Source: Octopus bimaculoides
Taxonomy: Eukaryota
Assembly: GCF_001194135.2 (NCBI RefSeq)
Contig: NC_068984.1
Coordinates: 129,692,260 to 129,756,259, forward strand
Direction of reading: 5' to 3'
DNA length: 64,000 bases
Shown piece by piece: positions 38,586-49,742 of this stretch (positions are counted from its first letter, which is position 1; each line of letters opens with the position of its first letter). Position numbers and translations under genes: made by a program. The notes under the pieces were generated by a model. That model had not been told where the DNA came from and ran no database searches. It worked only from the letters and a program-made list of their open reading frames with translations.

Positions 38586-40927
38586 TGTTTAACGTCTGCT
38601 TTCCATGCTAGCATGGGTTGGACGATTTGACTGAGGACTGGTGAAACCGGATGGCAACACCAAGCTCCAATCTGATTTGGCAGAGTTTCTACAGCTGGAT
38701 GCCCTTCCTAACGCCAACCACTCCGAGAGTGTAGCCATATATATATATATAAACTGATGAGGAGTCGGTGACCTTCTGTGTCTGTTTTCCGTTTGTTTGT
38801 GCATTTATTATGTTTTTTACCTCATATACATATGTTAGAGAAAGAAAACTCATTTCTTGCAATACATACCAATACATACATCTAAAGCAAAATTTTTTCA
38901 GGGCCCTTTTTTGTAATGAGGACCCCTGAAAATCTCATATCGACCTTTAGGGGCTATATGAACCACTGTTGTAGATAGTTTAGTTTGGAGGGAAGCTCAT
39001 CGCTACACAACAATGAAACACTAAATTGTACAGTGTCACTGTCACCTTCAGTAATAAACCACATCTCCCTCCCCATGGTACCTATTTGAGCCTGAAAAAA
39101 GGTCGGTGCTACTAAAGCATTGATCCTCTTTGTATAATTTCTGATAACCTCCATTATACAGGGTGACCACAAAGTCATGCACCAAGGGAGATATCATCTT
39201 CATCATCATCATCATTATTATCATCATCGTTTAACATCCGCTTTCCATTCTGGCATGGGTTGGACGGTTTGACTGAGGACTGGTGAGCCAGGAGACGACA
39301 CCAGGCTCAATCTGATCTGGCAGAGTTTCTCTCTTTGTCGTTGCCATCATTGTTGTGTAGTCNNNNNNNNNNNNNNNNNNNNNNNNNNNNNNNNNNNNNN
39401 NNNNNNNNNNNNNNNNNNNNNNNNNNNNNNNNNNNNNNNNNNNNNNNNNNNNNNNNNNNNNNNNNNNNNNNNNNNNNNNNNNNNNNNNNNNNNNNNNNNN
39501 NNNNNNNNNNNNNNNNNNNNNNNNNNNNNNNNNNNNNNNNNNNNNNNNNNNNNNNNNNNNNNNNNNNNNNNNNNNNNNNNNNNNNNNNNNNNNNNNNNNN
39601 NNNNNNNNNNNNNNNNNNNNNNNNNNNNNNNNNNNNNNNNNNNNNNNNNNNNNNNNNNNNNNNNNNNNNNNNNNNNNNNNNNNNNNNNNNNNNNNNNNNN
39701 NNNNNNNNNNNNNNNNNNNNNNNNNNNNNNNNNNNNNNNNNNNNNNNNNNNNNNNNNNNNNNNNNNNNNNNNNNNNNNNNNNNNNNNNNNNNNNNNNNNN
39801 NNNNNNNNNNNNNNNNNNNNNNNNNNNNNNNNNNNNNNNNNNNNNNNNNNNNNNNNNNNNNNNNNNNNNNNNNNNNNNNNNNNNNNNNNNNNNNNNNNNN
39901 NNNNNNNNNNNNNNNNNNNNNNNNNNNNNNNNNNNNNNNNNNNNNNNNNNNNNNNNNNNNNNNNNNNNNNNNNNNNNNNNNNNNNNNNNNNNNNNNNNNN
40001 NNNNNNNNNNNNNNNNNNNNNNNNNNNNNNNNNNNNNNNNNNNNNNNNNNNNNNNNNNNNNNNNNNNNNNNNNNNNNNNNNNNNNNNNNNNNNNNNNNNN
40101 NNNNNNNNNNNNNNNNNNGTCACTGAAGCAGATTCTACATCCAGTCAGCCATGCCAAATCGCCAGTATCCAAACAGCTGCTCCCAATTATCTCATTCCAC
40201 TCCGTGGTATTTAGTTACATTTTACTTTATGCTGAAGCTCACTTTGATTTTATCCTCACGAGATCGATAAAATAAATATCAGACACAAAAATCTGAGTCT
40301 AATAAAACAATAAAATGAAATAATAAAATAAAACTCCTGAAGGCAGTGATCCAGCATGGCTGCAGTCCGAGCATGTCTGAAACCTACCGAAGAGAGAAAA
40401 AGAACAGAAAAGCAAGCAAAAAAAAAAAAAAATCTATTAAATCAAGGAAATTGTTCGGACTGCCATTAACTGTACCTTCTTAAAACCTGTTTGACTGCTT
40501 TGGAAACAAATTCTGTAAAAGGTTTTAGATCTGTTCAAATGAACAGATCTTGTTAAAACAAGTCAGAAACAAGATTGGGTTATAGTTTAATTAAGTAGAA
40601 TAATATGGAATACTATTGCCAATACCGTAAATACCGAAGTGTTTAGTATGTTAAGCCATGAATAATGTTTTATAAAGATTATTTATAAGTTCAGAATACA
40701 TTTAGCATTTATGTAGAATATATTATTAATGTTGTTTCCTTCCTTGCATGATTGATTGGCTAATGACTGGACTATTTGTCTGTTTACCTTCTCTGCAATT
40801 TCAGAAAGTACAATTTGCAGGATTTATTTATTTATTTATTTATTATATTATTTTTCTTTTACTTCTTTTTGTTATTGATTACTAAGCAAAATAAAAAGAC
40901 ATTTTACTTTTAGTTTTCATTTGTGAA

Positions 40928-41398
40928 TCATCATCATCATCATCATCGTTTAACGTCCGCTTTCCATGCTAGCATGGGTTGGACGATTTGACTGAGGACT
41001 GGTGAAACCGGATGGCAACACCAGGCTCCAATCTAATTTGGCAGAGTTTCTACAGCTGGATGCCCTTCCTAATGCCAACCACTCAGAGAGTGTAGTGGGT
41101 GCTTTTACGTGTCACCTGCACGAAGGCCAGTCAGGCGGTACTGGCAACGGCCATGCTCAAAATGGTGTATTTTATGTGCCACCTGCACAAATATTTGTAC
41201 GTCTGTCTTTGTTCCCCCAACATCGCTTGTGTGTTGGTGTGTTTACGTCCCCGTAACTTAGCGGTTCGGCAAAAGAGACCGATAGAATAAGTACTAGGCT
41301 TCCAAAGAATAAGTCCTGGGGTTGATTTGCTCGACTAAAGACGGTGCTCCAGCATGGCAGCAATCAAACGACTGAAACAAGTGAAAGAATGAAAGAAT
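40928..41398. mobile_element. RTE-tail repeat (family D, minus strand, 40928-41195) abutting the 3' half of SINE B (plus strand, 41200-41398)
   Basis: (CAT)n-CGTTTAACGTCCGCTTTCCATGCTAGC... followed by CCCCAACATCGCTTG.... Confidence 0.8.
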
Positions 41399-41573
41399 AT
41401 ATATATATTGATTACTAACTAGATTCTCTGAATTGAAAACTGCGTGTAGTGTCCCAACATTAAAAAAAAAAAAGACTTTTATTTCAATACACCCTATGGG
41501 CTTTCCCCATAAAAGCATCACCCAAGGGGACTGTCCATCCTGCTCCCATCCCCATCTACACGATTGTGCTTAA

Positions 41574-41793
41574 CCCTTTAACATTCAGATTTCTTTGTCA
41601 AATGTAAGGCTTGTTTATTCCCTTTCATATCAATTAGTCATACATTACCTTGTAGCTTTGAGATTTCAATGACATGATTGTTTATTTTAAGAATAATATT
41701 GTAGGGTAAGTGTGAGAGGCCAGATCTGGCCAGTTTCAAGATAATACAGGTAGATTATTTTGGCTGGATATGGCCAGTTTAAATGCTAAAGGG
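41574..41793. mobile_element. piggyBac-type MITE
   Basis: TTAA|CCCTTTAACATT ... AATGCTAAAGGG|TTAA; TTAA TSD at 41570-41573 and 41794-41797. Confidence 0.85.
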
Positions 41794-41812
41794 TTAACTC
41801 TAGATCAACCCT

Positions 41813-42021
41813 CTTTTACTCTTTTACTTGTTTCAGTCATTTTGACTGTGGCCATGCTGGAGCACCGCCGTTTAGTCGAGCTAATCGACCCCAGGACTTA
41901 TTCTTTGTAAGCCTAGTACTTATTCTATCAGTCACTTTTGCCGAACCGCTAAGTTACAGGGACGTAAACACACCAGCATCAGTTGTCAAGTGATGTTGGG
42001 GGGACAAACACAGACACACAA

Positions 42022-42054
<33 letters not shown>

Positions 42055-42123
42055 CGACGAGCTTCTTTCCTTTTCCGTCTGCCAAATCCACTCACAAGGC
42101 TTTGGTCGGCCCGAGGCTATAGT
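41813..42123 (-). mobile_element. SINE family B (head lost in gap)
   Basis: Matches the family B body. Confidence 0.85.
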
Positions 42124-42764
42124 NNNNNNNNNNNNNNNNNNNNNNNNNNNNNNNNNNNNNNNNNNNNNNNNNNNNNNNNNNNNNNNNNNNNNNNNNNNNN
42201 NNNNNNNNNNNNNNNNNNNNNNNNNNNNNNNNNNNNNNNNNNNNNNNNNNNNNNNNNNNNNNNNNNNNNNNNNNNNNNNNNNNNNNNNNNNNNNNNNNNN
42301 NNNNNNNNNNNNNNNNNNNNNNNNNNNNNNNNNNNNNNNNNNNNNNNNNNNNNNNNNNNNNNNNNNNNNNNNNNNNNNNNNNNNNNNNNNNNNNNNNNNN
42401 NNNNNNNNNNNNNNNNNNNNNNNNNNNNNNNNNNNNNNNNNNNNNNNNNNNNNNNNNNNNNNNNNNNNNNNNNNNNNNNNNNNNNNNNNNNNNNNNNNNN
42501 NNNNNNNNNNNNNNNNNNNNNNNNNNNNNNNNNNNNNNNNNNNNNNNNNNNNNNNNNNNNNNNNNNNNNNNNNNNNNNNNNNNNNNNNNNNNNNNNNNNN
42601 NNNNNNNNNNNNNNNNNNNNNNNNNNNNNNNNNNNNNNNNNNNNNNNNNNNNNNNNNNNNNNNNNNNNNNNNNNNNNNNNNNNNNNNNNNNNNNNNNNNN
42701 NNNNNNNNNNNNNNNNNNNNNNNNNNNNNNNNNNTGTATCAGATGCTTACAAACTTTTCTATAC

Positions 42765-42900
42765 CACCACCACCACCACCACCACCACCACCACCATCAT
42801 CTCTGCTGCTACTACCACAGCTACCACTATCACCACTGCTGCCACCACCACCATCACCCCTGCTGCCACTACCATTACCACTTCTACCACCCTTGCCACA
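42765..42900. repeat. (ACC/ACT/GCC)n trinucleotide low-complexity tract
   Basis: Directly visible. Confidence 0.85.
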
Positions 42901-43910
42901 AACAACTGTTTAAATTTTGCCTCAAGTCTCACCCTGCTATCTCATATTAAGTGTAAGACGGTTTAGAAATATAATCCTACATTTGCCTAAAACAGACAGA
43001 ATGGGCATGATGGGTATGGTTGGGATGCCTTTTATCACAGGTTTTCTCAGTCATGTTTGACCTGAAGCTAAGTAACAACAGCAGTACTATCACTACCACC
43101 ACCACTTCTACCAACAGTAACAGCTTTTTGTTATTTGTTGAATCTGAAAGAAGGGACTGAGCCCATGATCTTTACAGGCTCTCCAAGACTGGTGAGCTCG
43201 ATGCTATTAATGTCCTATTTAAACTGTTGTCAGCTCATGCTGGAAAGAAATGAGCAAGGACAAATATTCCAGAGGGATGATGTTGTGAGAAAGGACTGGG
43301 TATAATGGTTAGTGCAGAGCCAAGGGTTTTATTGGATGCACCAAGAGTGAGGAGAAGTAGAAACACTAATGGATGAATAATGCCTGATCAGTGGAGGTAT
43401 GAGATCAACCAGCTCTAAGGAATAGAGCTCATAGTAACAATAGAAAAGACAGAGAGAGAGAGGGGGAAAACAACAGTCTTGTAGGCCAGGGGCTGGCATG
43501 TGTCCATTTGCGATGGCGTGCTAATCGGCTTTGTGTGGTTCAGGATATCAATGTGCATACTAACAGCACTGATTCAGATGTGGGAGCAAAACTCCATTGC
43601 GGACCTTGTTTTGAGCCTTACAGAATGTCAGAATGACATACAAACAAGAGTGGGTCACCAGTGCTCCGTGTAAGTAATACTGAGGCCACTGAAGAGAAAG
43701 AGAGATTCAAGTTGTTGAAGAACATCATTGGTAATCAGCTATCTCCGTTACCTTGGTGGTATTTGGAGTGAGAGCAATGGGATACTCTTTAGCTGGGTTG
43801 GAGTGTTTGTTCTCCTTTGAAATGGAACACGTTTGAGTGTGCTTCTAAATATCAGGGTATATCCCTGCAGAGAGTGAAATATTACAGAGTTTGGAGAGTC
43901 TAGGAGCAAT

Positions 43911-44036
43911 ACAGTTCTATATTTAAGAGATGAGGAATTATGTATATTATTTACATTATTTACACAGGCATATGGCGTAGTGGTTAAAAGCACGGGCTAC
44001 AAACCCCAAAATTCCAAGTTTGATTCCAGGCAGTGA

Positions 44037-44077
<41 letters not shown>

Positions 44078-44215
44078 TCGAGAAATACCTCAGGAATGAG
44101 AACCCAGGTTCGAAATTTCCCTAAGACACCTGATGAAGGCTGGAGGGTATATCAGCCGAAACGTTGTGTTAACAACAAACAAGATGAGGACAAATATCCG
44201 TCAAATGTAAATAAT
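43911..44215 (+). mobile_element. Composite SINE: tRNA-like Pol III head, (TAA)n, hammerhead-containing 3' part, plus an inverted 54-bp tail piece at the left end
   Basis: 13-bp TSD GTCTAGGAGCAAT at 43898-43910 and 44216-44228. A box TGGCGTAGTGG at 43973-43983; B box GTTTGATTCC at 44018-44027. Confidence 0.85.
44125..44170 (+). ncRNA. Minimal type I hammerhead ribozyme motif
   Basis: GACAC-CTGATGA-A-GGCTG-gagggtatat-CAGCC-GAAA-CG-TT/GTGTT. Stem I GACAC/GTGTT, stem II GGCTG/CAGCC, palindromic AACGTT in place of stem III, GUU cleavage triplet, and one extra A after A9. Confidence 0.75.
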
Positions 44216-44729
44216 GTCTAGGAGCAATTTCTAGAGTGCATTGTTTTAGTGCAAGAGAAGGGGCATTATCAGGGTCAGTAACCTTGTTTGAAGTAGCTGG
44301 AACTATTTCTGCACTTGCTGTGTGTGTGATGAGCAGGATGAAAAGCCTTTTGAGGTAGAAAGGGGAAGATTTGGAGGGGATTAACCAAGGGTTTGTAGTG
44401 TGGCGTTAAATGCAAAATGGGCAGCAAAAGTAAGGGAGCTTTCTCTATGGGGGCACAGCTTACAGAACCATCATTATTTAGAAGAGGAAGAAAGTTGATT
44501 TCACAAAGTTGGTGGAAATCCTTTGGTAAGTGACCAAAAGGATAAGCAGTAGTTTCAGAGGGGAGATGGTTTGAGGGTTATGCAATGCATGAAGTTATCC
44601 TTTGCAATCAAAATACGGATTTTACAGGGGTTACACTCCTGGGGGAATTCCCAGTTTTGGGGAATAGATGCGATTGTGTAGGCCTCATAGGCCTTTTTTT
44701 TTTTTTTTTTTTGCCCGAACAACTACAAT

Positions 44730-45116
44730 TGTTGTTGGCACTCCGTCGCTTATGACGTCGAGGGTTCCAGTTGATCCGATCAACGGAACAGCCTGCTCAT
44801 GAAATTAACGTGCAAGTGGTTGAGCACTCCACAGACACGTGTACCCTTAACGTAGTTCTCAGGGATATTCAGCATGACACAGTGTGACACGGCTGACTGA
44901 ACCTTTGAATTACAGGCACAACAGAAACAGGAAGTAAGAGTGAGAGAAAGTTGTGGTGAAAGAGTACAGCAGGGTTCGCCACCATCCCCTGCCGGAGCCT
45001 CATGGAGCTTTTCGTGTTTTCGCTCAATAAACACTCACAACGCCTGGTCTGGGAATCGAAACCGCGATCCTATGACCGCAAGTCCGCTGCCCTAACCACT
45101 GGGCCATTGCACCTCC
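44730..45116 (-). mobile_element. SINE family C (OR-type), full length
   Basis: 11-bp TSD ACAACTACAAT at 44719-44729 and 45117-45127. Confidence 0.92.
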
Positions 45117-45484
45117 ACAACTACAATGCAACTATGAGTAAACCACTTGGGGGACTTGGGACTTCTGGTTTTTGCTTTGTTGAGTGGTGAATATGAAGCA
45201 ATATGCTTAAAATATGGTTTTAGTTACTCATTTAGCTATTTCTGAAGAATCACGAATGAAACACATTTGCTGCCATGGATAAGTGGCATAAAACTAGCAG
45301 AACTCTGACCTGTCAGATGACTTGAAGTGCCATAGAGTCTGAAGGAATGGGAATGATGAGTGGTAAGTGGTACTGTGTGAAGCAGTTGTGAGGCAGTAAG
45401 TGGATGATCCAATAGGTGCAGAGAGGCTTATGGTTAGATAGAGATTAGGCTTAGAAGTGTGAAAGAGATCAAGAGTGTTTAAGG

Positions 45485-45811
45485 GGCTATCTTTCAATTT
45501 AATGTGAGAAAACATCAACTGAAAGCACATGAGTTTTGTTTACATCTAATCGGCTAACCCTAACCCTAAACCTAACCCTAACCCTAACCCTAACCCTAAC
45601 CCTAACCCTAACCCTAAACCTAACCCTAACCCTAACCCTAACCCTAAACCTAACCCTAACCCTAAACCTAACCCTAAACCTAAACCTAAACCTAAACCTA
45701 ACCCTAACCCTAAACCTAACCCTAACCCTAACCCTAACAGGCCGATTAGATGTAAACAAAACCCATGTGCTTTCAGTTGACCATTTTCCCACATCAAATT
45801 GAAAGATAGCC
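45485..45811. mobile_element. MITE with 70/71-bp TIRs and a 9-bp TSD (Mutator- or Merlin-like) enclosing a telomeric array
   Basis: TIRs 45485-45554 and 45741-45811 (GGCTATCTTTCAATTT...TACATCTAATCGGC). TSD TGTTTAAGG at 45476-45484 and 45812-45820. Confidence 0.92.
45554..45738 (-). repeat. Interstitial telomere-type array, about 31 hexamers of (TTAGGG)n with 9 TTTAGG-type variants
   Basis: Plus strand reads (CTAACC)n interspersed with CTAAAC. Confidence 0.97.
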
Positions 45812-45914
45812 TGTTTAAGGTATTTGTGTAAACAGTCTGGTTTGTGATTGGGGGATGAAACAAGTTGGTTGCTTAGAACTAATCACCTGTTCATTTTTCC
45901 GTAATTTTTTCCAG

Positions 45915-46078
45915 TGAAATTCCATTGAAATCTGAAACCATAATGCAGGATACACCTTCGTCTGCAAAGAACCTTGTCTTTAAAGATATTGTTGTTGAAA
46001 TCAAGAAGAAACCAATTCTACAGAATGTCTGGGGCAGGATAACATCTGGTGAGCTAATGGCTGTGGTGGGACCAAGTG
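45915..46078 (+). CDS. ABCG exon; probable start ATG at 45943 (MQDTPSSAKNLVFKDIVVEIKKKPILQNVWGRITSGELMAVVGPSG)
   Basis: Acceptor ttttttccAG ends at 45914 and donor G|GTAAGT starts at 46079. Encodes the NBD start and the first half of Walker A. The upstream 28 nt are also open in frame, so an upstream coding exon is not excluded. Confidence 0.88.
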
Positions 46079-46640
46079 GTAAGTTGACTAAGATAAAGGA
46101 ACATTCAAGAATTTCAAGTAACTAAGCATTGCCAATATCAAAACAAATGATGAAAAAACTCTAAAAGGAAACATCTTCAATGATAACCTTAAATTCTTTT
46201 TTCCTTTAACAACTCAAGTTGCTGATACTTTTTACAAGGAAATGTTACTGTATTGTGAAAATTCCATAATAGATTTAGTTAAGTATTACATTCTAATTTA
46301 CTTTAACATTGTACTTACCAGATTAAGAAAAATAATATTAGTTAGTGACTGATATTGTCTTTTTTCTCAACGTGTAATTATTTCTAATTAGTTTTGTAGT
46401 GCTCTTCTCATTAAATATATTAACACTAACTTCTGTACTAATTTGTTTGACTCAACAAAATGTAAAATAAATATGTTCTACTCTGTTCATTACAGCTGAG
46501 GGGTCAAGAGTTGCAAAGGATATCTATCCAACTGTAAAAACAATTGTTTCAGCAAAAATACAACCCTTCCAAATAACATATGCAATTAAGTGGAATTTCT
46601 CTCTTACTTGTTGTGTGTTTTTATGATATCTGTTTAACAG

Positions 46641-46810
46641 GATCTGGCAAAACTACTCTTCTGAATGTGATCTCTGGTCGACAACACATCAAACAAGGAT
46701 CCATAACAGTTAATGGTCAGAAACTGAACAAGGCATTGAGCCGTCGGATGAGCTATGTACTACAACAGGATATATTACCGTCCAAATTAACTCTCAGAGA
46801 AGTACTACAT
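46641..46810 (+). CDS. ABCG exon: (G)SGKTTLLNVISGRQHIKQGSITVNGQKLNKALSRRMSYVLQQDILPSKLTLREVLH
   Basis: tttaacAG acceptor, CAT|GTAAGT donor. Phase 1 start completes the Walker A Gly; contains the Q-loop. Confidence 0.93.
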
Positions 46811-48118
46811 GTAAGTATACTCTACAATGTCTTTGCTGTGAACCAGTTTTTATACAGATCTTCATGTTGAAGGACTGTCTTAATTAGATGTTTTCAGCTG
46901 AAGCGAAACAATGACAAACCACTTCTGGGTTTGGTAAGTTTTCAAAGGGATGTTGTGAAAGCTCTATGATTTGGAACTCAAATATATTCAACTCCACTGT
47001 CATGTGATGACTGCTCTGTGCCCACTACCATCATTCCCACATTGCACTATAATTATTAGAGAGCCTCTGCATGGTCACTTGGCTTGCTAGAGATAGCAGT
47101 CAAATCACACTATGTAATAAAGAAAGGACATTGGGTGATGTAAACTAACTTATATCTGAGAAGACAAGATGGCGTGCTGGAACGAAAACAATTGTAGCGT
47201 GGAAGGTGTTTATAAGCCATTTAAAATAACACACAAAAACCGTTAGATTCACTTCAACATTTAAATTTAATTTGTCAAAATATTTTCGTCGCTTTGAGAC
47301 TGTGACCTGTTCACTGACAAAAGTCTGTGCTATANNNNNNNNNNNNNNNNNNNNNNNNNNNNNNNNNNNNNNNNNNNNNNNNNNNNNNNNNNNNNNNNNN
47401 NNNNNNNNNNNNNNNNNNNNNNNNNNNNNNNNNNNNNNNNNNNNNNNNNNNNNNNNNNNNNNNNNNNNNNNNNNNNNNNNNNNNNNNNNNNNNNNNNNNN
47501 NNNNNNNNNNNNNNNNNNNNNNNNNNNNNNNNNNNNNNNNNNNNNNNNNNNNNNNNNNNNNNNNNNNNNNNNNNNNNNNNNNNNNNNNNNNNNNNNNNNN
47601 NNNNNNNNNNNNNNNNNNNNNNNNNNNNNNNNNNNNNNNNNNNNNNNNNNNNNNNNNNNNNNNNNNNNNNNNNNNNNNNNNNNNNNNNNNNNNNNNNNNN
47701 NNNNNNNNNNNNNNNNNNNNNNNNNNNNNNNNNNNNNNNNNNNNNNNNNNNNNNNNNNNNNNNNNNNNNNNNNNNNNNNNNNNNNNNNNNNNNNNNNNNN
47801 NNNNNNNNNNNNNNNNNNNNNNNNNNNNNNNNNNNNNNNNNNNNNNNNNNNNNNNNNNNNNNNNNNNNNNNNNNNNNNNNNNNNNNNNNNNNNNNNNNNN
47901 NNNNNNNNNNNNNNNNNNNNNNNNNNNNNNNNNNNNNNNNNNNNNNNNNNNNNNNNNNNNNNNNNNNNNNNNNNNNNNNNNNNNNNNNNNNNNNNNNNNN
48001 NNNNNNNNNNNNNNNNNNNNNNNNNNNNNNNNNNNNNNNNNNNNNNNNNNNNNNNNNNNNNNNNNNNNNNNNNNNNNNNNNNNNNNNNNNNNNNNNNNNN
48101 NNNNNNNNNNNNNNNNNN

Positions 48119-48159
<41 letters not shown>

Positions 48160-48165
<6 letters not shown>

Positions 48166-48313
48166 TACGACGGGCTTCTTTCAGTTTCCGTCTACCAAAT
48201 CCACTCACAAGGCTTTGGTCAGCCCGAGACTATAGTAGAAGACACTTGCTCAAGGTGCCACGCAGTGGAACTGAACCCAGAACCATGTGGTTCGTAAGCA
48301 AGCTACTTACCAC
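48160..48313 (-). mobile_element. SINE family B head half
   Basis: CGACGGGCTTCTTTCAGTTTCCGTC...AGCAAGCTACTTACCAC. Confidence 0.85.
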
Positions 48314-48824
48314 AGGCACCCACAAAGTTTAGCAGGCTTGGGCCAATTATCCAGCTTACCTAGTAGGTAACACTGCCTCCCCTCTCTCACTACTTCCCCT
48401 TATATACATACACATGAAAGCACATATATGCACACACATACATATGCATAACTCTATACTCATACTAATAGCAGTTTGTGTGTGTGTGTATGTGTGTATT
48501 TGTGTGCCCCTTAACATTTGTGTTTCAAAGCCTAATACTGTGGAAACACTCACACACAATATCAAAACTTCCTTCCAAAAAAATTCATGTCATTTTGTTT
48601 CTTATCTAAGATTTTTTAAAATATATTAATTTTTATTTTAAGAATATCTTTCTTCAGATATTGTGGCAGTATCATGAACGTTCACAAAATCTTTTTTAAA
48701 TACACACACACACATCTGTGTTTGTGTATAATTTATATATATATATATATATATACGTGTATAAAGGATGACCACTAGGGGGACATCCAATATGCTAGAA
48801 AGAGGTCACCAACGCCCCAACCAC

Positions 48825-49003
48825 AAAGAAAAATAATGTTCTCCAGAAAAATTTCGCAAAACACCACAACAGGATAAAATGAGAAATATAAGATATAAAA
48901 TTCTTTATTCTTTATTCTTTACTTTAATTCTTTATTTTATATTTCTCGCTTTGTCCTGTTCTGGTGTTTTGCGAAATTTTTCTGGAGAACATTATTTTTC
49001 TTT
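48825..49003. repeat. Inverted repeat, 67-bp arms (4 mismatches), 45-bp spacer
   Basis: 48825-48891 is the reverse complement of 48937-49003. Confidence 0.9.
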
Positions 49004-49559
49004 ATATATATGTATNNNNNNNNNNNNNNNNNNNNNNNNNNNNNNNNNNNNNNNNNNNNNNNNNNNNNNNNNNNNNNNNNNNNNNNNNNNNNNNNNNNNN
49101 NNNNNNNNNNNNNNNNNNNNNNNNNNNNNNNNNNNNNNNNNNNNNNNNNNNNNNNNNNNNNNNNNNNNNNNNNNNNNNNNNNNNNNNNNNNNNNNNNNNN
49201 NNNNNNNNNNNNNNNNNNNNNNNNNNNNNNNNNNNNNNNNNNNNNNNNNNNNNNATATGGATTTACTTTTCGTAATGAGATTAAAAAACCAAGGCTGTGT
49301 ATATTTTAGAACATTTATAAATAGAAGGTCTTACAGCTGTTTCCAGGATATTTATTATATCCCTTCATCAGAGACGGTGTGTGTGAGAGGATGGTTAAGC
49401 AATAGTTAATTTAGCTAAGATAGGAAATAGAGAGTGAATTGGAGGAATGAAAATAGATGTGAAATATGCGGGGATATTGTATTTGTAAATCCATTGTTTA
49501 GGCAGAATGGTAGACATATAAGATTCCAATATCTTATGAGTATTGACACCACTACCGCT

Positions 49560-49742
49560 CATAACCTATGGTGGCACGTAAAAGCACCCACTACACTTTT
49601 GGAGTGGTTGGCGTTAGGAAGGGCATCCAGCTGTAGAAACTCTGCCAAATCAGATTGGAGCCTGGTGTAGCCATCTGGTTCACCAGTCCTCAGTCAAATC
49701 ATCCAACCCATGCTAGCATGGAAAGCGGACGTTAAACGATAC
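49560..49742 (+). mobile_element. RTE-tail repeat (family D); further copies at about 11770, 12100, 13585, 19740, 30110, 33480, 38560, 39200, 51300, 52598
   Basis: GAGTGGTTGGCGTTAGGAAGGGCATCCAGCTGTAGAAAC...GCATGGAAAGCGGACGTTAAACGAT; closely similar to the 3' end of the LINE at 8972-10300. Confidence 0.85.

Larger units (their letters stand above)
43150..45890 (-). mobile_element. Old, deleted CR1/L2/Jockey-group LINE hosting three younger insertions
   Basis: Minus-strand remnants: APE C-terminus QLVSSP..PD..NTLDLFHTSKP..APIGSSTYCL..LWHF (45294-45890) and RT C-terminus KAQ..RSAMEFCSHI (about 43550-43630). Confidence 0.6.

Noticed and set aside
39231-40172. Long ORFs spanning N runs (also about 3.7, 7.7, 25.4, 33.2, 42.1, 47.3, 49.0 and 59.7 kb)
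   Set aside because: Artefacts of translating assembly gaps.
42765-42966. Poly-Thr/Pro mucin-like ORF
   Set aside because: A trinucleotide microsatellite next to a gap, with no splice or start context.
45499-45863. RVRVRV / LTLTLN / LGLGLG ORFs as proteins
   Set aside because: These are translations of the telomeric hexamer array.
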